Assembly (NCBI RefSeq): GCF_009914755.1
Contig: NC_060925.1
Reading direction: 5' to 3' (one strand)
Length of the DNA stretch: 64,000 nt
Source: the human T2T-CHM13v2.0 reference genome, Homo sapiens
Of the stretch, positions 1 to 12,500 are shown in pieces. The notes beneath the pieces were generated by a model. The model saw nothing but the letters and a program-made list of their open reading frames with translations. It was not told the origin of the DNA and did no database searches. The number at the start of each line of letters is the position of its first letter. Positions within the stretch are counted from its first letter, which is position 1. A program made the position numbers and the translations under genes.

Positions 1-164
1 TTCTTTTAATTTCTCTTGGAGTCTAGGCTCATATCTGACAGATAGTAAAGAATTATATAAATGCTAATTAGATGAATAAAGGAACATATAGATGACTTTG
101 GTCACATGACACATTGTTAGTTGCTGAAAACACAGCCTTGGCACTCATGAAACTTACATTTTTA

Positions 165-260
165 GTTTCCACTGCTTCACGCTACACACGTCACCATTAT
201 TGGTCTTTTGGAATACCACGGTAATTTCTTAACTATTTTCTTTGATTCTGCTCTTGCTCT
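165..260 (+). mobile_element. L2 LINE fragment (first piece of an interrupted L2)
   Basis: Degenerate similarity to L2 3' region (caccattattggtcttttggaataccacggtaatttcttaact); continues after the LTR at ~1043. Confidence 0.4.
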
Positions 261-264
261 TCCT

Positions 265-710
265 TGGAAAATAGAATTAGAAACAAAATATCCTCCCAAT
301 TCAAAAAACCTCTTCACAGTTGCAGAAGAGAAAGTAACAGTTAGATTATTAAATAAGCATTAAACTAGAATGTGTTGTGTGTCACAGGCAATGGAATAAG
401 AGATTGAAAAGACAGAAAAAAAATTTCACCCTTTTATTTAGCCAAGCAGTTATAACTCGTTACATAAATGTTCTCAAGATAAACAATAACTAGGCCTCAA
501 ATAAGAGGTCTTGACAGCACCATTTGTCACACATAGTTCATTCTAAATTCATTTGATAATTGGGGTGACCATCTGTGTAAGCTAATTGCCTTTATCCAAA
601 GAAATAATGAAGTTTTTGTATCTTCATGAAAAAGTTTGTTTTACAACTTGGAATGAGTCACCTGAGGATGTTAGGCTTTGCTTTTCCATAGAAACTGGAA
701 GACAAGGGTG

Positions 711-758
<48 letters not shown>

Positions 759-769
759 GTGTGTATGTG

Positions 770-810
<41 letters not shown>

Positions 811-1042
811 ACTACATCTCACATAGGTGACTCTGAGATCCTTGAGAAAGACATTTGTGGGTTTCAAAGCTAGCAAGAGGCTTATTCAGCTTTTAAAAAG
901 ATTTATGTGTATTTTAAAGAGACAGAGAGAGAACTAATAACATTTCTAAAGTAAATGCTCCAAGAAAAGGAGGAGGAGACTCTTCTCTTATTTTCAACAG
1001 AGAGAATTCAGCCGTTCATTTTTAATTTGCATTTTCCCTTCT
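265..1042 (-). mobile_element. ERV1-class solo LTR, MER89/MER90-like (family uncertain)
   Basis: Reverse complement of the right end reads aagggaaaatgcaaattaaaaatg...ctgttgaaaataagagaag, resembling this LTR group's 5' end; interrupts an L2. Confidence 0.45.
714..806. repeat. Compound microsatellite (TG)n(CG)n(TG)n(TA)n
   Basis: Read directly from sequence. Confidence 0.98.
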
Positions 1043-1237
1043 GCCCCTTCTAATCTCTACACAGAAACCAGATAGATCACTCAAAACATTACTCACTTTT
1101 CGGAACTACTCTAAAGTTTTCCGTCTCACCCAGAGTGAAAGTAGAAATTCTTAATATAGCCTACAAAGCTCTACGTTACTTTGGCTTTTCCCCATTCCCC
1201 ATCATCCTCCCTTATCTATGAGCTCATACTGCTGCCC
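1043..1237 (+). mobile_element. L2 fragment
   Basis: ctcacccagagtgaaagtagaaattcttaatatagcctacaaagctct resembles L2 3' region. Confidence 0.55.
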
Positions 1238-1633
1238 TGATATAGTTTGGATCTGTCTGTGTCCCCCTTCAAATCTCACACTGAATTGTAACTTTCAGTG
1301 TTGGAGGTGGGGCCTAGTGGAAGGTGATTGGATCATGGGGGTGGATTTCCTTCTTGATACTGTGTTGCTACAGTGAGTGAGTTCTTGTGAGATCTGGTTG
1401 TTTAAAAGTTTGTAGCACCTCCTCCCTCTCTCTCAGTTCTGCTCCTGCCACGTAAAATGATTGTTCTCACTTTGTCTTCTGCCATGAGTAAAAGCTCCCT
1501 GATATCTCCCCAGAAGCAGACGCTGCCATGCTTCCTGTACAGCCAGAGGAACATGAACCAATTAAACCACTTTTCTTTATAAATTACCTAGTTTTAGATA
1601 TTTCCTTATACTAATGCAAGAACAGACCGATAT
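1238..1633 (+). mobile_element. MSTA/MSTB (ERVL-MaLR) 5' LTR
   Basis: Begins tgatatagtttggatctg; contains ggaggtggggcctagtgg and attaaaccacttttctttataaattacc; preceded by TSD-like tgccc (1233-1237). Confidence 0.9.
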
Positions 1634-2466
1634 AGAAAATTGGTACTGTGGAATGGGACATTGCTATAAATATACCAGAAAATGTGGAAGCAGCTTTGGA
1701 ATTGGGTAATGGGCAGAAGTTGGAAGAGTTTGGAGGGCTCAGAAGAAGACAGGAAGATTAGGAAAAATTTGGAACTTCCTAGAGACTTGTTGAATTGTTG
1801 TAACAAAAATGGGGATAGGGATATGGACAATGAAGTCCAGGCTGAGGAAGTCTTAGATGGGAATGAAGAACTTATTGGGAGCTGAAGTAAAGGTCACTTT
1901 TGCCATGCTTTAACAAAGAGCTTGGTAGGATTATGCCCCTGCCCAAGGTATCTGTGCAATTTTGAACTTGAGAGTGATGATAGGGTATCTGGCAAAAGAG
2001 ATTTCTAAGCAGCGAAGTGTTCAAACTGTGTCCTGGCTGCTTGTAACAACAACTATGCTCATATGTGTGAGCAAAGAAATGACCTAAAACTGGAGCTCTT
2101 ATATTTAAAAGGGAAACAGACTGTAAAAGTTTGAAAAATTTGCATCCCAGCCATGTGGTAGAAAAGAAAAGCCCATTATCAGGGAAGGAATTCAAGCAGG
2201 CTGCAGAAATTCACATAAGCTAAAGAAGAGCCAAATGCTCATAAGCAAGACAATGGAGGAAAGGCCTTGAAGGCATTTTAGAGACATTCCGGGCACTCCC
2301 TCCATCAAAGGCCTGGAGGTCTAAGAGGGAAGAATGGTTTTATGAACCAGGCCTAGGCCACTGCTGCTCTATGCAGCCTTGGAACACTGCTCCCTGGATC
2401 CCAGCCATGCCAGCTCCAGCCATGGCTCACAGGGTACCATGTCCTTAGGCTGCTGCTTCAGAGGGA
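1634..2466 (+). mobile_element. MST-int internal sequence, 5' part
   Basis: aaattggtactg...gaaaatgtggaagcagctttggaattgggtaatgggcagaagttggaagagtttggagggctcagaagaagacagg, the typical MaLR-int start; source of ORF 1682-1885. Confidence 0.9.
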
Positions 2467-2826
2467 GTGTTAGTCCATTTTCATGCTGCTGATAAACACA
2501 TACCAGAGACTGGGAAGAATAAGTTGTTTAATTGGACTTACAGTTAGTTCAACATGGCTGGGGAGGCCTCAGAATCATGGCAGGAGGCAAAAGACACTTC
2601 TTACATGGAGGTGGCAAGAGGAACTGAGGAAGATGCAAAAGCAGAAATTCCTCATAAAACCATCAGATTTCATGAGACTTACTTATTCACTACCATGAGA
2701 ACAGTATGGGGGAAACAATCCCCATGATGTAAATTATCTCCCACTGTGGCCCTCCCACAACACGTAGGAATTATGGGAATACAATTTAAGATAAGATTTG
2801 GGTGGAGACACAGAGCCAAACCATAT
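2467..2826 (-). mobile_element. THE1 LTR (THE1C/D-like), 3' LTR of an antiparallel insertion
   Basis: gtgttagtccattttcatgctgctgataaa...ggggaggcctcagaatcatgg...gagacacagagccaaaccatatt matches reverse-complement THE1 LTR. Confidence 0.9.
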
Positions 2827-4260
2827 TATTCTGCCCTTGGCCCCTCCAAATCTCATGTCCTCACATCTCAAAACCAATCATGCCTTCCCAACAGTCCCCC
2901 AAAGTATTAACTCATTTCAGCATTAATTCAAAAGTCCACAGTCCAAAGTCTTACCTGAGACAAGGCAAGTCCCTTCCACCTATGAGCCTGTAAAATCAAA
3001 AGCAAGTTAGTTACTTCCTAGATACAATGGGGGTACGTACCATCATTTAGTAAATATAGCCATTCCAGGGGAAATTGGCCAAACAAAGGGGCTACCAGCC
3101 CCGTGCAAGTCCGAAATCCAGCAGGGCAGTCAAATCTTAAAACTCCAAAATGATATCCTTTGACGCCATTTCTTGTGTCTGGGTCACACTGACGGAAGAG
3201 GTGGGTTCCCATGGTCTTGGACAGCTCTGCCCCTGTGGCTTTGCAAGGTACAGTCTTCCTTCTGGCTGCTTTCACAGGCTGGTGTTGAGTGTCTGTGGCT
3301 TTTCCAGGCACACAGTTCAAGCTGTCAGTGAATCTACCATTCTGGGGTGTGGAGAACAGTGGCCCTTCTGTCACAGATCCACTAGGTGATGCTCCAGTTG
3401 GGACTCTGTGGGAGGGCTCCGAACCCCACATTTCCCTTCTGCACTGCCCTAGCAGAGGTTCTTCATGAGCGCCCTGCCCCTGCAGCATTGAGGCATTTCC
3501 ATACCTCTTCTGAAATCTAGGCAGAGGTTCCCAAACCTCAATTCTTCACTTCTGTGCACCTGCTGGCTCAACACCATGTGGAAGCTTCCAAGGCTTGGGG
3601 CTTGCACCCTCTGAAGCCACAGCCCAAGCTCTATGTTGCACCCTCTGAAACCATGGCCCAACCCTCTTACAGCCATGGCTGGAGGAGCTGGGATGCAGGG
3701 AGCCAAGTCCCTAGGCTACACACCACATGGGGACCCTGAGTCCAGCCCATGAAACCATTTTCTCCCAGGTCTCCAGGTGTATGATGGGAGGGGCTGCTGT
3801 GAAGACCTCTGACATGCCATGGAGATATTTTTCCCATTATTTTGGCAATTAAAATTTGGCTCCTCATTACTTACGCAACATTTTTCTGCAGCTGGCTTAA
3901 ATTTCTCCTCAGAAAATAGGTTTTTCTTTTCTATCAAATTGTCAGGCTGCAAATTTCCCAAACTTTTATGCTCTGTTTTCCTTTTAAAACTGAATGCTTT
4001 GAACAGCACCCAAGTCACCTCTTAAATGTTTTGCTGCTTAGAAATTTCTTCCACCAGATAGCCTAAATCATCTCAAGTTCAAAGTTGCACAAATCTCTAG
4101 GGCAGGGGTAAAATGTCACCAGTCTCTTTGCTAAAACATAACAAGAGTCACCTTTGTTTCAGTTCCCAAGAAGTTTCGCATCTCCATCTGAGACCACCTC
4201 AGCCTGGACCTTATTGTTCATATCACTATCAGCATTTCTGTCATAGCCATTCAACAAGTC
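2827..4260 (-). mobile_element. THE1-int, truncated at its 5' end (5' LTR missing)
   Basis: ccctccaaatctcatgtcctcacat...cattcaacaagtc is reverse-complement THE1-int; source of ORFs between 2802 and ~4260. Confidence 0.9.
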
Positions 4261-4619
4261 TGGATGTGAGACATGAAATTAAAGAAGAAGATTTTGGAGC
4301 TTTAAGTGATTTTCCTGCTGGGTTTCATCCAGATTTCCATGGTTCCTGTAGCCCCTCCTTTTTGGCTGATTTCTCCCTTTTGGAATTGGAATATTTACCC
4401 AATGCCTATACCTCCCATGTATCTTGGAAGTAACTAACTTGTTATTGATTTTACAGGCTCATAGGTGGAAGGGACTTGCTTTGTCTCAGATGAGACTTTG
4501 GACTTTGGATTTTTTAATTAACGCTAGAATGACTTATGACTTTAGGGCACCGTTGAGAAGGGATGATTGTATTTTGAAATGTGAGAAGGACATAAGATTT
4601 GGAGAGGCCAGGAGCGGAA
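4261..4619 (+). mobile_element. MST-int internal sequence, 3' part
   Basis: tggatgtgagacatg...ttttgaaatgtgagaaggacataagatttggagaggccaggagcggaa ends in the polypurine tract before the LTR. Confidence 0.88.
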
Positions 4620-4987
4620 TGATATTGTTTGGAGTTGTAATACTCAGTGTTGGAGGTGGGGCCTGGTGGGGTGTGATTGGATCACAGGGGTGGATGTTCT
4701 CCTTGGTAATCTGTCAAAATAGTGAGTGAGTTCTCATTATATCTGGTTGTTTAATAATGTGTAGCATCTTTTTCCTCTTTCTTTTGGTCCCGCTTCTGCC
4801 ATGTGAGACACCTGCTCGTGCTTTGCCTTCTGCCATGAGTAAAAACCCCCTGATGACTCCCCAGAAGCAGACGTTGACATGTTTCCTGTACAGTCTACAA
4901 AACCACGAGCAAATTAAACCTCTTTTCTTTATAAATTACCTAGTCTTAGGTATTTATTTTTAGCAATGCAAGAATGGACTAATAATA
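4620..4987 (+). mobile_element. MSTA/MSTB 3' LTR
   Basis: Homologous to 1238-1633; ends gcaagaatggactaataata; followed by taccc (4/5 match to left TSD tgccc). Confidence 0.9.
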
Positions 4988-4992
4988 TACCC

Positions 4993-5300
4993 TCTTTCTT
5001 ATTCACTCTTTTCTGGTGTTCCTTTAACATACCAAGCATTCTGGGCTTCAGCCTTAGTATCTACCACATCTTCTCTCTGGAATATTCTTTCCCTAAATCT
5101 ATGTAGGGCTTGTCCTTTACCTTCTTTACTCTGCTCAGATATTACCTTATCAGTGAGGTCTTTTCTGACTAGCTTTTATAGTATGGTACTTTTTTCCCCA
5201 CTTCTCTTATACCTCATAGCCATATTCTTCTTTAATTTTTTTCCTTAGCACTTAGTCATCATTTAATTATATTTTTATTGGTTTGTCAGCATATCTCTTT
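4993..5300 (+). mobile_element. L2 fragment (continuation)
   Basis: tctctggaatattcttt...ctctgctcagatattaccttatcagtgaggtcttttctgact typical of L2. Confidence 0.6.
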
Positions 5301-5505
5301 ACTTATTGTTGGCTAATGAATCCCATCAAAAATTAATAGCTCAGATTAAGCATAATCATTTTATTAACTCTTATGTGGTCTGTGAGCCAGAGTTTCAGAA
5401 AGGGCTCTGTTGGATCATCCTGGCTCTGAGTGTCTCATGCAGTTGCAGTGGCATAGTGGCTACAAGTGGGAGAGTAGGGCTGAAGCAGCTTGGGGCTGAC
5501 CAGTG
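5300..5505 (-). mobile_element. Old MLT1-type LTR fragment
   Basis: cataatcattttattaactcttatgtggtctgtgagccagagtttcagaaagggctc resembles MLT1. Confidence 0.45.
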
Positions 5506-5959
5506 CAGGTACTAGATAAATATATTTAAGTAAATGAATTAATTAGGTGTTGAATAAGAAAAGACCCTCATGGAAACTTGCCATTCTTATATTCATAAAA
5601 TATGCACTCTCATTTGCATATCAAATTAAAGAATTTTGCTTTCAATATGTTGAAATGAAAATCACAGATCATGTGTATGTGCAGTGTGTTAAAGAGGTGG
5701 CTGTTTGCCCATAGGCTTTCTCACAGATGAATCTAAAATTCAAAGAAGATGCCATTCATATGTTTAAAATGCTTCAAAGCTACCACCTAGGCTAAGGCAG
5801 CTCTTTTCAAACTTTTTAAGCCATGGCTCACAGCAAGAATTACATTTTATGTTTTCTCATCACTTCTTAGAACACCAGTCCACAAAAACCCATACTCACT
5901 GTGTCTATACACATATTTATTGAAATCAGTGTCATGTATCCAGCAATATGTTTTAATAT

Positions 5960-6112
5960 TTTATCCTCTCCTTTTAGTTTTCTCTCCTCACTTTCATCTT
6001 CTTTTCTTTCTTGTTCTTTTCGCTCCTTTTCTTTCTTCCATTCTTTTTCCCTCTGTTTTTTGTTCCCTGTTCTTCTTGCTTCTATTTTGTTCTTTTCTCT
6101 TCTTTTTTTTCA
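5960..6112. repeat. CT-rich low-complexity tract
   Basis: Pyrimidine-rich run; explains ORFs 5901-6168. Confidence 0.85.
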
Positions 6113-6599
6113 GTAACAACAAGCAAACAAAAAACCCAAAACACTACTATGTAGGTCCATTGAATTGATTTGCAGACCTCATAAAGGACCACTATCTGCC
6201 CTTGGCTCTTGGTTTCTGCATTAGTCCTGTAGAATTATAACCCTGGGGGCAGCATCCTGAGACTACTTTAAAAGCATCCCAGGCATTCTTTAGAAGTAAA
6301 CTCTCAGCTAAATCTAAGGTCTAAATAACTTAGTAAACACATGAGACTCTTCATGATCTGATGCCTGTCATTCTTTCTGACCTCATTTTGTACCGCTATT
6401 CTTTTCCCACTTAATGTTATAAAAATATTGACATATATGTGACTTTTGCATATACTTTCTACTTGTACTTTTCCCACTACCTGAATCAGTGTATTCCTTT
6501 TTCTCACCTGCCTCTTGTTGTTCATCCAGCCCTGCAAACAAAAAGATTTCACAAAAGAAATATACAAACATGTCTTAAACACACGAAAGTATGGGAAAC

Positions 6600-7270
6600 A
6601 TTAATTTAAAAATGCAACAAGATTCAATTTTCCACTTTGAAAAAGAAAAACTGTGTAAAACATTCTATTGGCCAAGATGAAAGAAAGTTAGCATTTGTGT
6701 ACTTTGCTTATGATAGTATAAAAGGGTAAAAACAATGACAAGAACAATTTGGAAATACAGATTAGAATTTTCAGATGAAATTCACTCTCACCCAGACATC
6801 CTACTTAGAAAAATTAGTATTCAATAAACTGAAACATGTATGAAATATTTATAAAGGTTGCTTGTTGAAACGTTGTTTTTAGTGTTTTAACCCATCTACA
6901 AAATCTATTAATAGGTGTTGTTAAGTTACTTACAGCACATCTATACAATGCAACATTATGCAGCCCTTAAAAAGAATGAGACCAATTTTTATGTACTGAT
7001 AGTGAAAAGCTAGCCAACGTATACTGAAATGTTGACAAAAAAGATAAAGAATAACGCATATAGTATGTGATCATTTGTTCCAAATGTGCATTTGATTGTA
7101 TATGCATAAAATCTCTCTGGCAGTGGTGGTGGTAGAAACTAGAAACTAGACAGTGGTGGCAGAAAAACTATGGGTACTAGGGAACACAAGTTAGGTAGAC
7201 AAACTTCCTTATGTAACCTTTCATATCTACTTAGTTTTGTACATTTATTTTTATCTTTTAAAATATACTC
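6600..7270 (+). mobile_element. L1ME-type 3' fragment
   Basis: cacatctatacaatgcaacattatgcagcccttaaaaagaatgag, characteristic of old L1 3' region. Confidence 0.6.
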
Positions 7271-8206
7271 AATAAATTTTGAGATACTTAGTTTTAAAGG
7301 AGTATTACATTTCTTCAGTGAAGGATTCCTAGTCTAGACTAGCCTACTCTGGTATAGAATAAAGATGTTACCACAATGTTATGATTCTGATATTCAGAAA
7401 TAGAACCAGTTGCCCATACAAACCACAACAGAGTGGAGTAGGTCCAATAATTTCCTAAATTGCATACAATACTAGACTTAAAATAGGGATGTGTGTGTTT
7501 AAGTAAAGTCATACCTACTTAAATTGAACCTACTGATTCACTGAAAGCACTGAGATTTTTTTTCTCTCACATAAACTGTCCACTGATTTGATCATTAACT
7601 ATTTAGCAAATAATTAAGGTGTTCTTAACATAGACTTTATATATGTAAAACACAGTTTTTATTTTGCTGGCTTTCATTCACTGATTAACAGGATTACCTT
7701 CCCAGGTAATTTTACTCCACTAACTGACATTTTTGGGTAACTTACCCCTCCAACCATAAATCAGACTAATCATAGTGTTATCTCATTGAATTTTCTTCAT
7801 CTTGCTTATAACAATTTAATATGACACAACATCAAATTTATCGTTGAAATTAGAACATTCTCCATGTGTGAACTCCTCTCACCTGTGTGTAGGATGGAGT
7901 TGATATGCACTATACTGGAAAACTCTAGACTTTAGAGTTGCCTGGATGTCTGGCTTTACTTCTTAGTTAAAATAACGAGAGTAGAATTTAAACTCTGAAA
8001 TGATTCTGGTAACTCCCTGGGATATTTTGTTTGTTGATTATTTTCACTCAGCACAAGCAGTTAAACAGCTTGGTGTAACTATTCGATTAGAAAGACGTCC
8101 TGGCAATTTGTGACTCCAGTTCTCCTAAAGCCAAGATTTATTGCAAAGATCTTGGTTTAATAGGGATAGGAAGTGCCTTGAGTGTGTTGAAAAAGACCTT
8201 GTGAAG

Positions 8207-8460
8207 CAGAGTGCCCAATCTTTTGGCTTCCCTGGGCCACATTGGAAGAAGAAGAATTGTCTTGGGCCACATGTAAAATACACTAACACTAACCATAGCT
8301 AATAAGCTAAAAAAAAGAAAAGAAAAAAGAAAAATAAATTTAAAATTCATTAATTAATTAAATCTTAATGTTTTAAGAAAGTTTATGAATTTGTGTTGGG
8401 CTACATTCAAAGCTGTTCTGGGCCACATGAGGCCCACGGGCCGTGGGTTGGACAAGCTTG
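8207..8460 (+). mobile_element. MER30 (hAT-Charlie non-autonomous DNA transposon)
   Basis: cagagtgcccaatcttttggcttccctgggccacattggaagaagaagaattg...gggttggacaagcttg, full-length match to MER30. Confidence 0.92.
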
Positions 8461-8739
8461 CTTTAGAGTTTGCATATACGGTTATCTCTTGGAACTCCAA
8501 TGCTTGCCTGAACTCTCTTCCTTTTTTTCTTTTTTTTTCACACTGCAAACTTTGCCTTTTTAGCAAAGCATTACTATAAAGCATTACTCTTTTGGGTCTG
8601 ATGAAGCCTTTCCAGTATGTCAGCTTATGAAAAAAATTCAAATTTCCTATACAACTTCATTAAAATTCTCAAAAGATGTTAGTCTGAAATTTGTTTATTA
8701 ATGAACCCATGCAGGCTCCTAATGATTAAATAAAATGAC

Positions 8740-8771
<32 letters not shown>

Positions 8772-8784
8772 CATACACACACAC
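8740..8784. repeat. (CA)n microsatellite
   Basis: Read directly from sequence. Confidence 0.95.
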
Positions 8785-9294
8785 TAATCTTCTGCTTAAT
8801 TATCCTTTGTACAAAGTTCCAAAGGATTACTATTAAAGTTATTATTTGTAATTTTCAAATTACAAGATTCTTCCTTTTTGAAAATTTGTATGTTTGCCTG
8901 TCATTAGTTATTGAACCCCTATATAGCTGACTATGATTTTCAAAGATTTTTCCAGTTTCAAACCAGTTTTGAATTCCTGTTTTAAAACTCTGATTGGTGC
9001 ACATGGGTCAGATATCCAATAAACTGAAGCCTGGAAGTACACAAATGTATATGGTATTGCAAAGCTACCAGAGACTCAAACAACATGCCCAATTTTGGTC
9101 TCAGAGACTAGAAAATGAGAATCCTGTGAAATCCTGTAGTTGATTTCAAGTTTCAAATATTTGTACATCTCTCTCTGCTTTGTATTAGAGCTCCAATGCC
9201 ACAATTCTAATCACCTATTTAATACTAATGTTTCCCTAACATCAAGAAATATAAAGTTAATCTGTATTGCTTGAAATAGTATAATATTACCAAT

Positions 9295-9540
9295 AACAGT
9301 GAGTCGTATTTATAATGTACAAGGCAATGTTTATTTGCATACATTATTTTTTGTGTTCATGCCATCTTTTTGTGATAGGTACTTTATTAGCTCTCTTGTA
9401 TAGGTGGAAAAACGGAGGCACAGAGATGTTATGTAAGTTCTTTAAGATCACGAGGCTGGTCAGCATTGGAGTTGCAATTCAATCTCAGATCTTTTCTACT
9501 CTAGAGCTTATGACTGTAAACAGTATTTTACATTGCTTTT
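9295..9540 (-). mobile_element. MIR SINE
   Basis: Core ggtggaaaaacggaggcacagagatgttatgtaagttctttaagatcac. Confidence 0.75.
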
Positions 9541-12500
9541 CATAACAGTTTTCTCTTTTGACTTATTTTTTTTCTAAATCAATAAGACTTAAAATCTCAA
9601 TGTCATCTTCAATGTCAATTTTCACTGTGCCATCTCATAATGCCATTAACCAATAACTTCTAGTATCTTCAAACACAAACTCTCTCTGGTTTAAGCCCTG
9701 GTTCCTGGAGACCTGAAATGCTGCAGGGGTTTCTATATGTGCTTTCTGTTTCCATTCTTTCCCCTGCCAACTCCACTTCTTACACGCCTCTTTATACACG
9801 ATTAGTAGGATGAACTTACTAAATCAAAGCTCTGATTATGTCTTAAATTTTCTGTGAAAACCTTTTAATGGTATCATATTATCTGCCAAAAAATTCTTTT
9901 GGTTGGTCAGGACATGCCAATTCAGTTTCAGTTTTTTTCCTTCTTATCTTTTGCTGTTTACACACATGGAGACTCTGGTTCCCTCAAACTTCCTTGTTCT
10001 TTTTTAGCTTTCCTCCCTCATTGCCCATCACAAAGCCCTTGTGTTTTTTCACCTCTGCCTTCTTCTCTAATGATGTTTTTCCAGTTTGGAAAGCAAAACT
10101 TGGGTCCTCAAACTTGTTCAGTCTTTCACACTGCCTCTTTCTTACCTTCTTTCACCAAGCACCTACCATCCCTAATTTATTGATTGCCTTGTCATGTCAG
10201 TTCTGTTTTCTTTTGTCCATGTTGCTTAAATGGCATTCTATCTTGCTGAGAGATTAGCTTGACAATTTGTACATGATGATTAACAAATTCACTAACATTT
10301 ATTGATCGATTGGTTTTGTACTTTATAAACTGAAATATAGTACTTTACTTTTTCTGCAGATGTTTCATAATTACAAACATCTCAAAACTTTTGGTGCAGC
10401 AAAAAGCAATTTAAAAGAGCATTTGCCAACTTTTTTTAGCTATCGCAATGGAAACATCTAGAATATTTTTCTTTTCCTTTTTTTTTTTTTTTTTTACTGT
10501 TTGTCCAATAAGCCTAAAACTATATTCTAGGGGCAGATAATGGCTCTGATTGCAGCTGAGGTACACAGAAGGGAAAACAAACATTCAGCTCTAAAAACCA
10601 TGGAGTTAAGAACCCAGCTCCAAGTCTTTTGTGCCCATGGAATTAAAGGTCACTAAGCTCCTGCCTCATGCTGACTTGGCATCTACCTACCCCTCAGCCA
10701 TGAGACCTTGACTTCCTGAAGCGCACTCAAGGGATTGACTGCTTACTGTGGATTTGTCTTTACTTCAAGTCAAGTGATTTTGCTTTTAAAAGAAATGGAA
10801 GCCTCTCATTCTATGTCATGGAATCCTAGAGGGAAGAAACAATTCCCTGTGATACCTCTATTTCTCAAATTCATCATTGCATTTATTTATTAACTCAACT
10901 TTGTCAGAACTTGTTTTTCCTTATAAAAATATCCATGATGTTTGGAATATGTAGGTTTGTGTGCTAAAACAATCTTTGCCTTCAATTCATATTACTATTA
11001 AATATATTTATGCTGCGCAGATATATAGCACACAATTTATTATGTAGGTGTAATATAAACGTATTAGGATGGCACAGTATAACATAAAAGAAGTAGATAC
11101 AATAGCAATATATCTGTAAAGACATTTTAATGAAGCATTAATGAAAAGCACATCATTAACTTCTTTCTAGGCTTGATAATATTCATTTATGTTATAACAC
11201 TCTCTGAGAAACTTGCTGCTGAAAGCTGGAAGTGACCTAGGGATCATCCATTTCAAACATCTTACCCTCTGCCAGCATATTCTGCACAATACACTTGCCT
11301 CATGGTATCCATTTGTTTGTACATTAATAAAGGAGCTATTGTGTGTGGCACTGAAGCACCTCTGTGAAGAGTGGCACTTATTAAACACTCTGACTATCCA
11401 ACAAGGTACCTGGTATCAGAAGGTGGCATTAAGGAAACAGATGAACATTATGCAGCTTGAAACTTATCAACTTAGGGATTGCAAGAGAAAAGTAGAACAA
11501 ATATTCTTACCTAAATTTTCAATCAGACAAAATTGCAGTGAAATTTTGTCCATGTCTAATGTACAGTATAATTTTAAACATTTTGCCATTTTCATTAAGG
11601 CTGAGCAATTTTAAAGTGAGCCTTTGCATTCTGGCTAATACAGCAGGAGTGGTGTTATTATAGCACTGACTGCAGCTGCTTGGAATAAGGCATTTGGAGT
11701 GTGTTCAAAACTGATTTGATGACTAACTTGAACACGAGGATTATATTTTACCCAAGATGCTAGCTCATATACCATAGGCAATTGATTTTCTACTTTAATG
11801 TAGAATTTCCCTAAATTACTCCATTGACTTTCAATTTGGGTTGACCAGACTAGAAATCCCCCAGGACACTTCATTAATTCCCAGTAAGGGTGCAGCTCTC
11901 TGAATTATTAAAGCTGAATGTGTTTTAGTTTTCTCACTTGCAAAATGAAGCCTAGGTAGTTCTTGGCATCCTTCTGACTCTAATTCTTAGATGTAGTTGT
12001 CACCAAGTAATTCTTAGCTTTACAGTAGTCTGTTTACTTGCTAATATATGAAGAAACACTATGAATTATGGATATCAATGCAATGGTTTCCATACAGAAA
12101 CCCTTAATAAATATTTGTTGAATTAATAATTTTGTTCAGGAGAATCACCTGAATTATGGGTATAACAACACTTTGCTAAAATAAGTAGAGATCTTCACTG
12201 TAGCCTAAACTATGTTTAATCTCTTGAATATCTGAAGAGCGTGGGGAGTATATCACGGACTACTTGACAAGACATCAGGTTAAGACTTGAGAAAGTACTA
12301 ATTCTAAAAGGAGGGCAAATGAAGTAACTCAATGTCAGAGGGCTATGAAACTTTTAATGAAGAACTTTATTATTTAATCAGGTTGCAATATGTTCTATAT
12401 TTCTCAAATTTATATCCATATGCTGAGAGGCATAATCAGCAATGAACCTGGAGAGAACATATCCAAGTAAAGGTCATAGATCGAGTGTACTTTCAATTTT

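Noticed and set aside
1606-4963. Dense cluster of ORFs up to 156 aa
   Set aside because: All lie inside MST/THE1 LTR and internal sequence; degraded MaLR frames, not a host gene
10360-10461. Acceptor-like ttttctgcag followed by a short open frame (similar cases near 17519 and 44301)
   Set aside because: No convincing donor or phase link to the other candidates
11213-11614. 133-aa ORF in mostly unique sequence
   Set aside because: Non-ATG start, begins in MIR-like sequence (gctggaagtgacctagggatcatcc), no recognisable domain
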